A stretch of DNA of 20,000 nucleotides from Vicugna vicugna (GCA_013265495.1 MU058650.1:1389036-1409035); one strand, 5' to 3'; positions 8,474-19,965 are shown, counted from the first letter of the stretch. Program-made: numbers and translations. Notes: generated from the sequence alone by a model not told the origin.

Positions 8474-9229
8474 CTAAATCATAAGAGGAAAAGTTTCATA
8501 ATAAACACAGTTCAAGAAAATTTATCATTTAATTTGAACAGACACAGCAATAAGGAAAACTTTTCTCTCAGCTGTTGACATTATGTTGGGAACTGAAAAA
8601 TAAGCATATTTTGTAAAATGACCTGCAAAGCTATAATAAGGCTGCTTTCTTTGCTTAAGCCATTGAGAATCAGATGCAATACGAATGAAAATAGACATTT
8701 GTGAAACCTATGAAGCTTTTCAGATCAATTACTTTATATACTTTTTCAATTAAAAAAGATAAACTATTTAAAATCTTTGTTCTATCTGATATCATGTGAC
8801 ACTGAAAGTGAATTAAAGTAATTTGATTTATAATAATTATCATAAAGATCATACAAACTTCTGTGAATGTGGAATTAGGATTCTACATTCAATGTTTTCA
8901 TGTCCAAATCACTATGATTGCTCAGCAACCCCTTAAAAAGTCTCATCAGTTACTCTACTTAGATTATAGGTAAAATTTCTGGGGATTAATTAGTCTTTTT
9001 CAAGATGTGTTCTAAAGCCATGACAGGAAACTCATAAGGTATTTACAATTTTCACTATATACCTAAAAAAAGCTCAAATCAGAGAAAGCTACCCAACATA
9101 AAAGTGGGCTATAAACCTTTGTACTGTAATAACATATTATTTCTGAAGTCACTTACACTCTAAATATTCCTGGAAGACAGTTATGATAGTTTGGGAAAAG
9201 AAAACCTTGGCAGAAAGAACAAGTAACTT

Positions 9230-9465
9230 ATTGAAGAGTTAGAAATGAAAATTCAGGCCCTGAATGTCCAGACCCATTACTTTCTACAGCTTCTAGTCTG
9301 TGATCTTGGAAAAGTTATCTGGCTTCTCTAATCCTCAATTTTCTGATATGTAAGATCTAAACAATCAACACCTCCCACCAGATTACTTTAAGGGCTGAGA
9401 CAAAACATGAGAGCACCGGGCACAGTGCTGCATATAGGCAGCACTCAATACGCAGTAAGCTTATT
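9230..9465 (+). mobile_element. MIR SINE, near full length
   Basis: Core ctgtgatcttggaaaagttatctggcttctctaatcctcaattttctgatatgtaa and tail gcacagtgctgcatataggcagcactcaata. Confidence 0.8.
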
Positions 9466-9755
9466 TTCTTTAATGTTATCATTTATGCTAATTAATTCCT
9501 TACTGCTGGGTCTTTTGTTAACATGCTGCAAGCTATGGAAATTACCAATATGGGAGAATGAATCTAACTTTCCCCCTAAGACATTAACTTATGAACGTGT
9601 TATTTTATGTTCTGGTGAAACATAGCCAGAATTTCATGACTGGCTTCTGTGTCTAGATTTATACTACAAAGAACCTGAAGTATTAGTCTGAAATTTTAAA
9701 ACACATAGCAATGCTTGTTCATCAGGGTAGATACCCAGAGTTAAGAGTTTCAGTT

Positions 9756-9889
9756 GGGGGAGGGTAAGGCTCGTTGGTAGAGTATATGTGCTTAGCATGC
9801 ATGAGGCCCTGGGTGGAATCCCCAGTATCTCCATTAAATAAACAAACAAACAAATAAATAAATACAACTAATTACTCCCCATATTTCCA
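9756..9889 (+). mobile_element. Vic-1-type camelid tRNA-derived SINE
   Basis: Head gggggagggtaaggctcgttggtagagtatatgtgcttagcatgcatgaggccctgggtggaatccccagtatctcc (decayed A and B boxes), (AAAC/AAAT)n tract, then ctaattactcccc. Imperfect target-site duplication aagagtttcagt (9743-9754) and aagagttttatt (9890-9901). Confidence 0.88.
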
Positions 9890-10154
9890 AAGAGTTTTAT
9901 TCTCTATCTTTAAAAAAATTTATTTACTGGTTCTGTTTGGTAACATTCAGATTTGCAATTCACCAATCAAATAGAAACATACACTATTTAGTTAGACATT
10001 TCCCAGTAAAATTTTTCTCATCATAACTAAGACAAGTTTTCTTATGGCTTTTAAGAGATATTAATATCCTTTAAAAATTATTTCTAACTAAAACAATTAG
10101 ATAAATGCTATATAAAACTAACAAAAAAAGCTTCTCTGAATCCTGAATTCTTAC

Positions 10155-10215
10155 CTTTTGCTTTCATAGCTACATATTCATTCAAAATTGTTGTCAAGTT
10201 TTTTCCAAATAAAGA
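10155..10215 (-). CDS. NPAT: NPAT coding exon 3 (61 nt): SLFGKNLTTILNEYVAMKAK(E)
   Basis: tctttttcttttcag|TCTTTATTTGGA...GCAAAAG|gtaaga; in frame with exons 2 and 4; matches recalled NPAT peptide. Confidence 0.97.
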
Positions 10216-10694
10216 CTGAAAAGAAAAAGATCAAGCATTACATGTAATGCTAGCAATAGTTTCCCACCATGAAACATTTTATCATAAAACTTAACAGCTG
10301 GATTACAGAGTAGCTGATGAAGAAAGGATGAAGAGAAGGTCATCAGAAATTAAAACAGCCACTCAAGTCGGGGGCGCAGAGAACCTTCCAAGGGTAAAGA
10401 GCCTCGTCCGACTCAGATACTGTGAGTATGTTTCTTCAGCTAAGACAGTCCAGTGGCAGAAAAGCGGTTTCCAGCTGTGATGTAGGGATCCAGTCACACA
10501 GATAAGGCCCCCTGATCTGCCTTTTCTATTCTGAAGCCGTGTGAACCTGCCGAAAACTGAGTGTGAAAGATAACCTTCTGAAGGATCAGTATCTTTCTGT
10601 TTTCTCTTCTGTCCTCTCGTAAAGCCACTTCCATCCCTGTTCCTATCAGTACTAAAAGGCAGGTTTTTATTTGCTCAAGTTTGAGGTCATATAA

Positions 10695-10910
10695 TAGAAG
10701 AGGGAAGAGCAAAGACTTCCAAAGCAGACAGTCTGGTTTTAAGTTCAACACTTGCTGTACGTGTGACAAATCACCTAGATTTTCTAAGGCTTACTTTCAT
10801 ACATAAAAATGGACACGTGAATTCTTAATTAATATAATATTTTGTTCTGAAGGTTACATGAAGATACACGTAACATATCTAAGACCAATGTCTAACACAC
10901 AGTAGGTAAT
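10695..10910 (+). mobile_element. MIR SINE remnant
   Basis: gaagagcaaagacttccaaagcagacagtctggttttaagttc...ataaaaatgg...aatgtctaacacacagtagg. Confidence 0.7.
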
Positions 10911-11096
10911 TACTTCCCTCTCCCCTCCTGAACTTTCATAGCAGATTCCTACTTTGTCCTTCAGTGTTATTTAAGGCCTGAGAGGTTAGGGGATTTGACT
11001 GTTCCTAAGTTGATCATTACACCTTGCTTTATTTTAGTAGTTAAAAAATAACTACTGAATGAAGGCTATACAATGAATTATGTCTGCACAAATTCA

Positions 11097-11227
11097 GGTG
11101 AGGTCACGGCAAGAAGGTTGTCATCTATAAGCCAGGAAGAAAGCCTTCACCGGGAACTGGATCAGAGGCACTTGATCTCAGTCTTCCCAGCCTTCAGAAC
11201 CCTGAGAAGTAAAGATGTGGTTGCTAA
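11097..11227 (+). mobile_element. MaLR LTR (MLT1-type) fragment
   Basis: gtgaggtcacggcaagaaggttgtcatctataagccaggaagaaagccttcacc...cttgatctcagtcttcccagccttcagaaccctgagaa. Confidence 0.8.
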
Positions 11228-11471
11228 TGTGCTTGCGGCTGCCAGGGTGTTACTGCAGTGGGCCCCACAGCACACAGGGCCACACAAACACACAGAAGTG
11301 CTAATCCACACACACACAAATCTGCATTCCTGCATATATCTGTACACATATTAAAATAAACATCTTCATACAGAAATCTGACTATATAATTTAATGCTAC
11401 AGGTTTGACTCTGATGCTTATTTTATCCTCTTTCTCACAGAGGGAGAAACTTGGCTCCATTATCTATATTA

Positions 11472-11525
11472 ACTTATACTTAAAGTATAAGTAAAGTATA
11501 CTTTAAAGTTAAAATTTAACTTTAA
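11472..11525. repeat. Chain of overlapping AT-rich palindromes
   Basis: acttatactt-a-aagtataagt (11472-11492), taaagtatacttta (11492-11505), actttaaagt (11500-11509), ttaaagttaaa-a-tttaactttaa (11503-11525). Confidence 0.9.
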
Positions 11526-11559
11526 CTTGCTTTTGTTAAAATTGTTAATTTAGAAGAAC

Positions 11560-12660
11560 TCAGAAGAATTTAAGATTCATTCACATTATTATATGAATCA
11601 ATAGTGTTGCTTTTTATTGCTTAGTAGTATGAATATATCACAGTTTGTTTATTCATTCCCTCGCTAAAAGACACCTTGACCACGACAGATAAACAAATTA
11701 ATTAGTGGATAAGTTTCTGTGTGAACATAAGGTTTTCAATTCACTTGGGTAAATATCTGGATGTGTGAATGCTGGGTCACATGGGATGTGTATGTTTAAT
11801 TTTATAAACAACTGCCAATCTGTTTTGCAAAGCAACTATATGATTTTGCATTCTCATCAGCAATGAGTAAGAGTTTTTCTTGCTCTGCAACCTTGCCACC
11901 AAGGATCTGCCAATTTTTAAACTGCTTTTTATACTAGCCATTGTAATATGTTACGTATTGCTATTTGATAGGAGAATTAATTTTCATTTTTCTAATGACT
12001 AATGACGTGAAGTATTTTTTTCACATGCTTATTGCCATCCATATATTTTCTCTGTGGGTCTTCACATCCTCTTGCCTATTAAAGAAATTCAATTCTTTTT
12101 CTTTTTTTAATAAAGTTTCTTATATATTCTGGGCACAAGCCCTTCATATGTGAGTTGCAAGTATATTCTCCTAACCTGTGGCTTGTTATTCTTTTAACAC
12201 TGTCTCTTATAAAGCAAAAATTTTAAATTTTTATACAGTGAATTTATCAAATTTTCATTTTATAGTCAATGCTTCCGGTATTATGTCTAAAAACTCAACT
12301 GCCAAAACCACCTTTACACAAATTTTCTCCTATGTTTCCGTCTGAAAGTCTTACAGTTCTCCGTTTCCACACTGGTTAATTTTTGTATGCAATATGTATA
12401 CAGGTTCTATTTTAAAAATCTGATTGTCTAATAGTTCTACCATCATTTGTTGATAAGACTATCCTTTCTCCAGTTAACTGCCTTTGTACTTTTGTCAAAA
12501 TCACATTTGGGCTCTCTATTTTGTTCCACTGATCTTATGCCTAACCACCTCCTAAAGCCATTCAATTCAGATTACTATAGCTGGTTAGCAAGCCTTAAAA
12601 TCAAGTAATGTGAGTTCTGGAATGTATCCTTTTTAAGAACTGTTTGGATTACTCTAGTTC
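11560..12660 (-). mobile_element. Old L1M (L1MB/MC-type) ORF2 3' portion and start of 3'UTR; left piece
   Basis: Continuous reverse-complement L1M motifs: cagtttgtttattcattc, gctgggtcacatgg, ttgcattctcatcagcaatg, ttttctaatgactaatgacg, catcatttgttgataagactatcctttctcc, gattactatagct. Confidence 0.85.
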
Positions 12661-14146
12661 CACAGCACCACTCAAGCAGTACCTGAGTCCCTCTGCAGCA
12701 GATGCTGCTCTGAGGGGCCGGCCCTGCACCTCACGTGCCACAACAGTAGTGGCTGGGCCTCAGACACCTGGGTTGAAGGACAGCCCTGCCTACCAGCACA
12801 CTCGCGGCCCAGACACAACAGGAGGGTGTATGCAGGCCACGCAGCGGATACTCCTGGAGCACCTGGCTCTGGTGCCAGGGGGATTGTCCCACTGAGCCCA
12901 CAAGTCACCTCTACCTTATGCCGCTCTTTCAAGACCAGGAGATGTAGCTGGTCTACTAATACACAGAAACAAATTCAGAAAGCAAGGCAAAATGAAGAGA
13001 CAAAGGAGTATCTTCCAAACAAAAGAACAAGACAAAAACCTCAGAAAAAGAACTCAACAAAACAGATTAGCAATTTACCAGATAATGAGTTCAAAGTAGC
13101 AGTCATAAAGATGCCCACCAAACTTGGGAGAAGAATGGATGAACTCAAGTGAGAACTTCAACAAAGAGACAGAAAATATAAACAAGAACCCACCAGAACT
13201 GAAGAATACAACAAATCAAGTGAAAGAACACTACAGCAATCAATAGCAGATTAGAGAATGCAGAAAGAAATGGAGCAGCAGTTTGGAAGAGAAGGTTGTG
13301 GGGAACACCCAATCAAAAGTTTTCTGTTTTTAAAATGAGGACTGTTTAGGGGACCTCTGGAACAGCATCATGCATACTAACACTCCCACAATAGAGGTTC
13401 CAGAAAGAGAAGAGTGAGAGACAGTGGAACAGAAAGTCTATTTGAAGAAATAATGGCTAAAAAATTCCCTAACCCAGCAAAGGACAGGAAGACATCTAAG
13501 TACAGGAAGCACAGAGTCCCAAACAAAACGAACCCAGAGACCCAGAACAAGATACTTCATAACTGTCAAAAGTTAAGGACAAATAGAGAATCTTAAAAGT
13601 AGCAAGAAAAAAATAACTAGTTACATACAAGGGAACTCCTGTAAGATCAACAGCTGATTTTTCAGCAGAAACTTTACATGCCAGAAAGGGCTGGCACTAA
13701 ATATTTAAAATGCTGGAAAAAAACTGAACAACCAAGAATATCCTACCTAGGAAGATTCTGATTCAGAAGTGAAGGAGAAGTAGAGTTCCCCAGACAAACA
13801 AAAGCCAGAGTAATTCATCACCACTACACTGGCTGTACAAGTAATGTTTAAAGGGACTTCCAGCTATAACTAGAAACAAGAAAATTATGAAAGAAAGAAA
13901 TCTCACTGGTAAAGACAAACATACAGTAAAGGTAGTGGATCAACCACTATAAAGCTAGTGTGAAGGTTATATATGTTATCTACAAGAGACTCGGTCAGAT
14001 CTAAAGCACACACAGGCTGACAGTGAAAAAATGGGAAAAGATATTCTTTGCAAATGGAAATGAAAAGAAAGCTGGGGTAGCAATACTTACATCAGATAAA
14101 ATACTTTAAAACAAAGACTAACAAGAAACAAAGAAAAGCATTCCAT
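12661..14146 (+). mobile_element. L1 5' portion: GC-rich 5'UTR end, decayed ORF1 (ATG near 12992) and start of ORF2 endonuclease; 3'-truncated
   Basis: ORF1-like peptides ISNLPDNEFKVAVIKM and ESLFEEIMAKKFPN (ORF track 12826..13152, 13414..13596); ORF2-like WEKIFFANGNEKKAGVAILTSDKI near 14032-14103; many frameshifts and stops. Confidence 0.92.
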
Positions 14147-14492
14147 AGAGGGATCAACAATTCTTAACTGGGTGCCACTTAAAAAAAATGAGCTATTGCC
14201 AATAAACCAATTCAACACAAGCTGATCTGATACTAGACAGCAAGTTAATGTTAAGAATGTGATTAGGACTTATCTGGATTTGTGAATAATGTTTTTGGTA
14301 GCTTGAAAGACAGTATAAAGTATTTGGCAGACAGGATAAATTACCTACAGATTACAACTTATTTTATAATGCTGTGAATTTAAAAAAATCTAATAAAGAT
14401 TACTGAGTATTTTTCTCTGAATACTCTCATTTTTAAAAATTACAGTCATTAAATAAATGAAGAGCCCAAATGTTTCAAATCATTTATAGTGA

Positions 14493-14878
14493 AGATCCAA
14501 AATCCCTGAAACTGACGGGTTCATATGTGTCATTTATTTAATTTTTAAAAAAGCAATTTAATGTTCACAAGAAAATCAAGAGGAAGGTTACAGAGATTTT
14601 CCACAAACCCCTGGTCCCACGTATGCACTGCCAACCCCATTATCAGCATCACTCCCAAATATGTTTTAAATTTCAGAATTTTTCAGATTTTGAGACACTA
14701 TGGACATAAAAGTAGATACTATGTAATAACTCCTGTGGTGTCTGGAGTGGCACCCCACGATCAAATGTTAACATTTCTACAACTAAATGCAAAAAGTTAC
14801 ACAAAGTGGAATTTAAAAAAACGGCTACAAATATCAGTTCAAATTAGGTTCTGCTGTCAAAAGAGTTGTGAATCTGTA
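14493..14878 (-). mobile_element. MER46C-like TcMar-Tigger element, interrupted by an L1 fragment
   Basis: ttcagaatttttcagattttgag...taataactcctgtggtgtctggagtggcaccccacgatcaaa...tcagttcaaattaggttctgctgtcaaaagagtt matches the recalled MER46C reverse complement; probable left end atccaaaatccc...catatgtgt at about 14493-14530. Confidence 0.7.
14531..14660 (-). mobile_element. L1MB-type 3' terminal fragment nested in MER46C
   Basis: agcaatttaatgttcacaagaaaatcaagaggaaggttacagagattttccacaaacccctggtcccacgtatgcactgccaaccccattatcagcatc is the reverse-complement L1MB terminus. Confidence 0.75.
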
Positions 14879-15124
14879 CCACTCTCCTAAAATGCCACCA
14901 ACAGTTTGCTGATGCTGAGTATGCTCTTGGTAGATATTCAGTAAGTCAGGAGAATCACTTCCTAATCGGTATCAAAGTGAAAGCTGTTTAGTTCCCTTAG
15001 GGAGACACAGGGCTTTCGGTGTCACATCATCAGCCAAACCCTCTTAAGTGAATGGATTAGTTGGAGCTTCTGTTTGTTTATTCTTGAAAAAACTGTGTGA
15101 ACAACAGAAGGATGTAAATGGTAC

Positions 15125-15540
15125 CTTGCAGACCAGACATATTTAATAAACAGCCATTTCATTAAAAAAAAAACCAAATTGTTGGGATCTTGACTATAAT
15201 GAATCTATAGATCAAAACTGGGAGAACTGACATCTTAACAATACTGAGCTGCTCATTCCATGAACACAATTTATCTGTCCTTTTATTCAAGTCTTTGGTT
15301 TCTTTTGTGTGGATTTTAGCATAAAGATTCTATGCATATTTTGTTAGATTTACTACCTATTTTATTTTGTTTGTTGGGTAAGTGGTATTTTTTAAAAAAT
15401 TTAATTTCTAATGGTTCATTGCACATACAAAGAAATATGGTAGACTTCTGTATACTTTGTATTGTGACCTTGCTAAATTCTGGCAATTTTGTAAGATACT
15501 TTTAGGTTTTCTCCACAGAAAATCATGTTGTCTGTGACAG
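15125..15540 (-). mobile_element. Old L1M ORF2 fragment; right piece, collinear with 11560-12660
   Basis: tgaatctatagatcaaaactgggagaactgacatcttaacaatactgag...ttccatgaaca...tattttgttagattta...accttgctaaattc. Confidence 0.8.
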
Positions 15541-15737
15541 CTGAAATGAACCCACAGACCTGTGTTTAAAATGACAAAATACCACCTCAAATAATGTAGT
15601 TCTGGCATTTGTCCATTATATACCAAACAATGCTCTGTTGGTCTAGTGATATTTAAAAAAGAGGTGACAAGATATCAAAATACCTGTTTTATATTTGTCT
15701 GAAGCAAGCAACTACAGGAAAAGCAGACACAGGAAAG

Positions 15738-16089
15738 GTTAGACTGCTATGAGCCACCACAGACCGGGTGGCTTAGACAACAGACATTTTTCTCATTGTT
15801 CTGCAGGGCGGGAAGTACAAGATCAAGGTGCCAGCTGATGTGGTCCCAGGAGAGGACCAACTTCCTGGCTTGGAGATCTCCTCCTCTTTACTGTGTGCTC
15901 ACATGGCCTTTTCTTGGTGTGTGCACACAGACATTTCTCTCTTTACTTTTTAAATCCCATCATGAGGGTCCTAACTTCATGACCTAATCTAAACCTAATT
16001 ACTGTCCAAAGCCCCTACCTTTAAATACCATGAGGGGCAGGGTTTCAATATATGAATTTTGGAGGGATGCAAATATTTAGTCTATAGTA
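15738..16089 (-). mobile_element. MLT1A-type MaLR solo LTR
   Basis: accacagaccgggtggcttagacaacaga...gggaagtacaagatcaaggtgccagc...catgacctaatctaaacctaattac...gtttcaatatatgaattttggaggga. Confidence 0.9.
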
Positions 16090-16381
16090 GGCAGTAAACA
16101 AGTAAGCACCAGCAGAAGTGGGGGTGAAACTGATTAGAAATGAAGGAGTCATTATGAAACTGATTCTCAAAGGCAAGGTTATAATTCACTTCCCAGTTCT
16201 GATGTAAATATGTGAAAAGAAGAGCTAGACTTCTTTGGGTCTTATCTACTCATGCATGAATACAAAATATCAAACTTTCTGCCCATTCTGAGTTTGCTAA
16301 TGAGCTGATTTTTAAGACTGTGTTTACAGTGTCTTATGTTGGTCAAGAATGAAATATTTCCTTAAGGAACAAATCACTCAC

Positions 16382-16500
16382 CAGTAAGCAGGCTGGGATA
16401 AAACCTTCATCTGTGCAGTGTTCTGCATATTCTTTTAAATTTGAACTTTCCAAAATGAATGTCTGGCAGGTAGAAGTGAGGTTCTCCTGTTGTAAGTAAC
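16382..16500 (-). CDS. NPAT: NPAT coding exon 2 (119 nt), part of the N-terminal LisH region: (G)YLQQENLTSTCQTFILESSNLKEYAEHCTDEGFIPACLL
   Basis: Minus strand tttcacttag|GTTACTTACAACAG...TGCTTACTG|gtgagt. Translation matches human NPAT as I recall it (YLQQENLISTCQTFILESSDLKEYAEHCTDEGFIPACLL). Phase 1 to 0. Confidence 0.97.
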
Positions 16501-16710
16501 CTAAGTGAAAAATAAAATGTAACTGAGTAATTTCAGTAAATTTTGAACTTGTGATAAAACTGCTGTTGAAAATACTAGAGCAGTTTCATACCACAAATGC
16601 AACTTCAGGTGAACGTGATGGGATTCTGCAGCCTTGCCTGAAACACCAGTTTGTGCTGCAGTACAAGGCAGAATTCATCAAATAGTTGTTTGATAAGAAA
16701 AACTCTAGCT

Positions 16711-18563
16711 TATACATTATAAAGCCACAGTAATCAAAACAGTATTGTACTGGCATAAAAACAAGACAAACAGATCAGTGGAACAGAACTGAGAGCCTAG
16801 AAATAATCCCCAGTATACATGGTCAACTAAATTTGACAAGGGAGCCAAGAATACTCAATGGAGAAAAGACAGTCTCTTCAATAAATGGTGCTAGGAAAAC
16901 TGGACAGCCACATGTAGAAGTGTGAAACTAGACTCTCATCTTACACCACTCACAAAAATTAACTTGAAATGGATAAAAGACTCAAACATAAGACCTGAAA
17001 TCATGAAACTCCTAGAAGAAAACAGGTAAAAAGCTCCCTGAGATGGGTCTTTGCAGTAATTTTTTGGATTTGACAACTAATGCACAAGCAACAAAATAAA
17101 AAATAAACAAGTTGCAATACATCCAATTAAAAAGCTTCTGCACAGCCACAGAAACCATCAACAGAGTAAAAAAACAACCTATGAAATGGTAAAAAGTATT
17201 TGCAGACCATTTATCTGACAAGGGGTTAATAATCAAAATAAATAAAGAACTTCTACAATTCAATAGAAAAAAACAAATAATCCAATTTAAAAAGGGGCAA
17301 AAGACCTGAACAGACATTTCTCCAAGGAAGATATACAAAAGGCCAACAGGTACACAGAATGACACTCAACATCACTAGCCATTAGGAAATACAAATCAAA
17401 ACCACAATGAGTTATCTCATGCTTGTTAGAATGACATCACCAAAAAGGCAAGCGGTAACAAACGATCGTGAGCATGTGGAAAAAAGGAACACTTGTGTGT
17501 GTTGGTGGGATTGAAAACTGGTACAGCCACTACAGAAAACAGTATGGATCCTCAAAAAATTAAAAATAGAACTGCCATATGATCCAGTAATTCCACTTTT
17601 GGGAATATATCCAAAGGAAACAAAAAAATACTAACTTGAAGAGATATCTGCCCCCCCATGTTCATAGCAGCATTACTTTTAATAGCCAAGACATAAAAAC
17701 AACCTGTGTCCACTGATAAATGGATGGATAAAGAAGTTGTGGTACATATATAAATATGTGCGTGTGTGTGTATATAAATAAAATGAAATATTATTCAGCC
17801 CTAAAAAATGAATGAAATCTTGGCATTTGGGACAATGTGGATGGAACTCAAGGGTATTACACTAAGTGAAATAACTCAGGCAGAGAAAGACAAATACTGC
17901 ATCATTTCACTTGTGTGTGGAATTCTGAAAACAAAAAACCCAACCAAAATCATTGAAAAAGAGATCAGATTTGTGGTTACCAGAAGCAGGGGATGGAGGG
18001 ACGGGGATTAGAGAAAGGTGGTGAAAAGGTACAAATTTCCAATAACAAGATAAATACAGTTGACCCTTGAACAATGCTGAGGCTAGGGGCACCAACCCTC
18101 CACGCAGTCAAAAATCCATATATAACTACAGTTGGCTCTCTGAATCTGAGGTTCCGCATCCACAGATTCAACCAACTGTGGATTGTATAGTACTGTAGTA
18201 CATATTTATTGAAAAAAAAAGCCATGTATAAGTGGACCCACACAGTTCAAATCTGTGTTGTTCAAGGGTCAAATGTAAATAGGGATCGTAAATACATTCC
18301 AATATAGTAAGTGACTATATTTAACATGGCTATATGGTATCAAATTTTTAAGAGAGTTAATCCTAAGAGTTCTCATCACAAGGAAAAAAATTTGTTTTTT
18401 GTGCTCTCTCTCTTTACTGTATCTGTGTGAAATGATAGATGCTAACTGAAATTATAGTAATCAAATCACAATATATATGTGAAACTATTATGCTATACAT
18501 CTTATACAGTGGTATATATCAATTACATCTCAATAAAACTGGAAAAAAACAAAAACAAAAAAA
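16711..18563 (+). mobile_element. 5'-truncated L1 (laurasiatherian, L1MA9-like lineage): ORF2 C-terminal part, 3'UTR, poly(A) signal and A-rich tail
   Basis: tataaagccacagtaatcaaaacagtattgtactggcataaaaac (YKATVIKTVxYWHKN), ctcttcaataaatggtgctaggaaaactgg, ORF2 end EILAFGTMWMELKGITLSEITQAEKDKYCIISL, ctcaataaaactggaaaaaaa. Confidence 0.95.
18057..18275. mobile_element. Tigger2a-type non-autonomous DNA transposon (219 bp) nested in the L1 3'UTR
   Basis: Terminal inverted repeats cagttgacccttgaacaa and ttgttcaagggtcaaatg (17/18), flanked by a TA duplication at 18055-18056 and 18276-18277; L1 3'UTR resumes on both sides. Confidence 0.93.
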
Positions 18564-19084
18564 CCTCAGAAGCTAGCTAAACTAGAAAAATAAGGTGTTT
18601 TTATCAAACAATTACTGCACAGCAATGTTTACAGGGGAAAAAATAAAGTTACAATAAACAATAAAAAACCAATGAAGAAACAATAAGTGTAAAGAAATAT
18701 TACATGTTTGACTCTGTAACTCGGTAGATAGTATAAATTAACTTACTGGATAATAAAAAAAACTGCATTCTCTTAGCATTGCTATTTATTTGTATACTTC
18801 ACTTATTTGCTTAATGGTTTAAAACCAAAATAAAGATAAGACCTACTCTGTATGAAAGGTAAGAAAGGGACTCCTTTGATTTTTAATTTATGCCCTTTGG
18901 GAATCAAAGCATTAACATACACAACAAGAACTTTTAACATCCACACCTAACTGATATTTATGAAACAATGTCATGTACCAGTGCTTTGTACTTTGACACA
19001 TATGAACACTTTGACTAGCAGCCTTACTCTGTTTTTTTCACTTCTTAGTATTATTGGGGTTTAACTAACCAAGTCTAAAAGCGG

Positions 19085-19225
19085 TAATACAGTACAAAAA
19101 GAACACCAGATAGGATATCAGGAGACCAGTTCTTAGTCTACTGTTTAAAGAAGCATTGTGGCTTTGAAGGGGGAAAAAGCACTTAAATTATTCTGGAGTA
19201 AGATGCTTCATCTATGAGGCATCAC
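19085..19225 (+). mobile_element. MIR SINE remnant
   Basis: cagtacaaaaagaacaccagataggatatcaggagacc...tgtggctttg...cacttaaattattctgg...cttcatctatga. Confidence 0.55.
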
Positions 19226-19327
19226 ATTTGCTTTGATTTGTGTACCAAATCTTGTTAAATACTTCCTTGGGTAATGCTGAAGGGTTTCCATCACTTTCCA
19301 CAGCTCTCAGTTAAAACTTCTAAATCT

Positions 19328-19965
19328 TGAGAGGCTTCAGCAGGAATGCAAGAGTAAGCGCCTCCAAAAATTCTCTCCTCTCTAAAAGCAATGAGAACAC
19401 TGGCACAAATTAAAATAAATTTTTACAGAACTCTGAAAATGATCAAAGTCTTGCAAAATAAAAAACCTGGGAGCATGTATTTCAGAAAAATGGCTGAATG
19501 TCAGTAAGGACAGTGAACACTGTGGCGTTTTAACTCGCTGTTCCCATGCTCATCTCCCCAGCTGAGTTGTACGCTTAAAAGTCAACAGCCTGCAAATGCA
19601 GTGAAAACCAGCAGCCTAACAGGCAATGGAGGATCAGATGAAGCTGGAATATTTTTCAAGTCCCATTCCCAGACACTGTCACGATTTGATCTTGTGAAAA
19701 TTCCCTGTAGAACTCCACTTGCATTGCTTGTCCCTGAATTGAATCAAACTTCACTCAGTGCAAATGACCTTCTCCTTAGGGCTGTTTTGTTAAAACAATC
19801 AGCAGGAATTGCTTAACACCACAGCTACCCATGACAGAGATAATGGTTGGGAAAAACAACAAGTTAACAAACAAACAGAAGACTCAAAAATAAGAGCTAG
19901 GGAGTGAGAAGTCTGTAGGGGGCTTTGAAAAGCTCTGACATTATCCTGGGACACTAGACGGCTAC
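19328..19965 (+). mobile_element. Old L1 5'UTR (L1MD-type 5' end)
   Basis: ctctcctctctaaaagcaatgagaacactggcacaaa...cagaactctgaaaat...cagaaaaatggctgaatgtcagtaag...gtgaaaaccagcagcct...ggggctttgaaaagctctgacat match recalled L1MD 5'-end motifs. Confidence 0.7.

Noticed and set aside
9756..9830. tRNA-Ala-like sequence as a tRNA gene
   Set aside because: The boxes are degenerate and it is followed by the SINE tail and a target-site duplication; it is a SINE head.
12826..13596. ORF-track entries 12826..13152 and 13414..13596 as novel genes
   Set aside because: They are frameshifted pieces of L1 5'UTR and ORF1.
14147..15124. CR1/L3 element as a stand-alone feature
   Set aside because: Only two short RT-like motifs (YLD, FAD) at plausible spacing; too weak to call without an HMM search.
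17012..18243. ORFs 17012..17365(-), 17808..18011(+), 17907..18095(-), 17977..18243(-)
   Set aside because: They lie in L1 ORF2/3'UTR and the Tigger MITE; hydrophobic antisense ORFs are a standard L1 artefact.
12661..18563. The L1 5' portion and L1 3' portion as one element split around exon 2
   Set aside because: NPAT exon 2 and old MLT1/L1M sequence lie between them, about 2.5 kb of ORF2 is missing, and I see no shared target-site duplication. Independent insertions are simpler.
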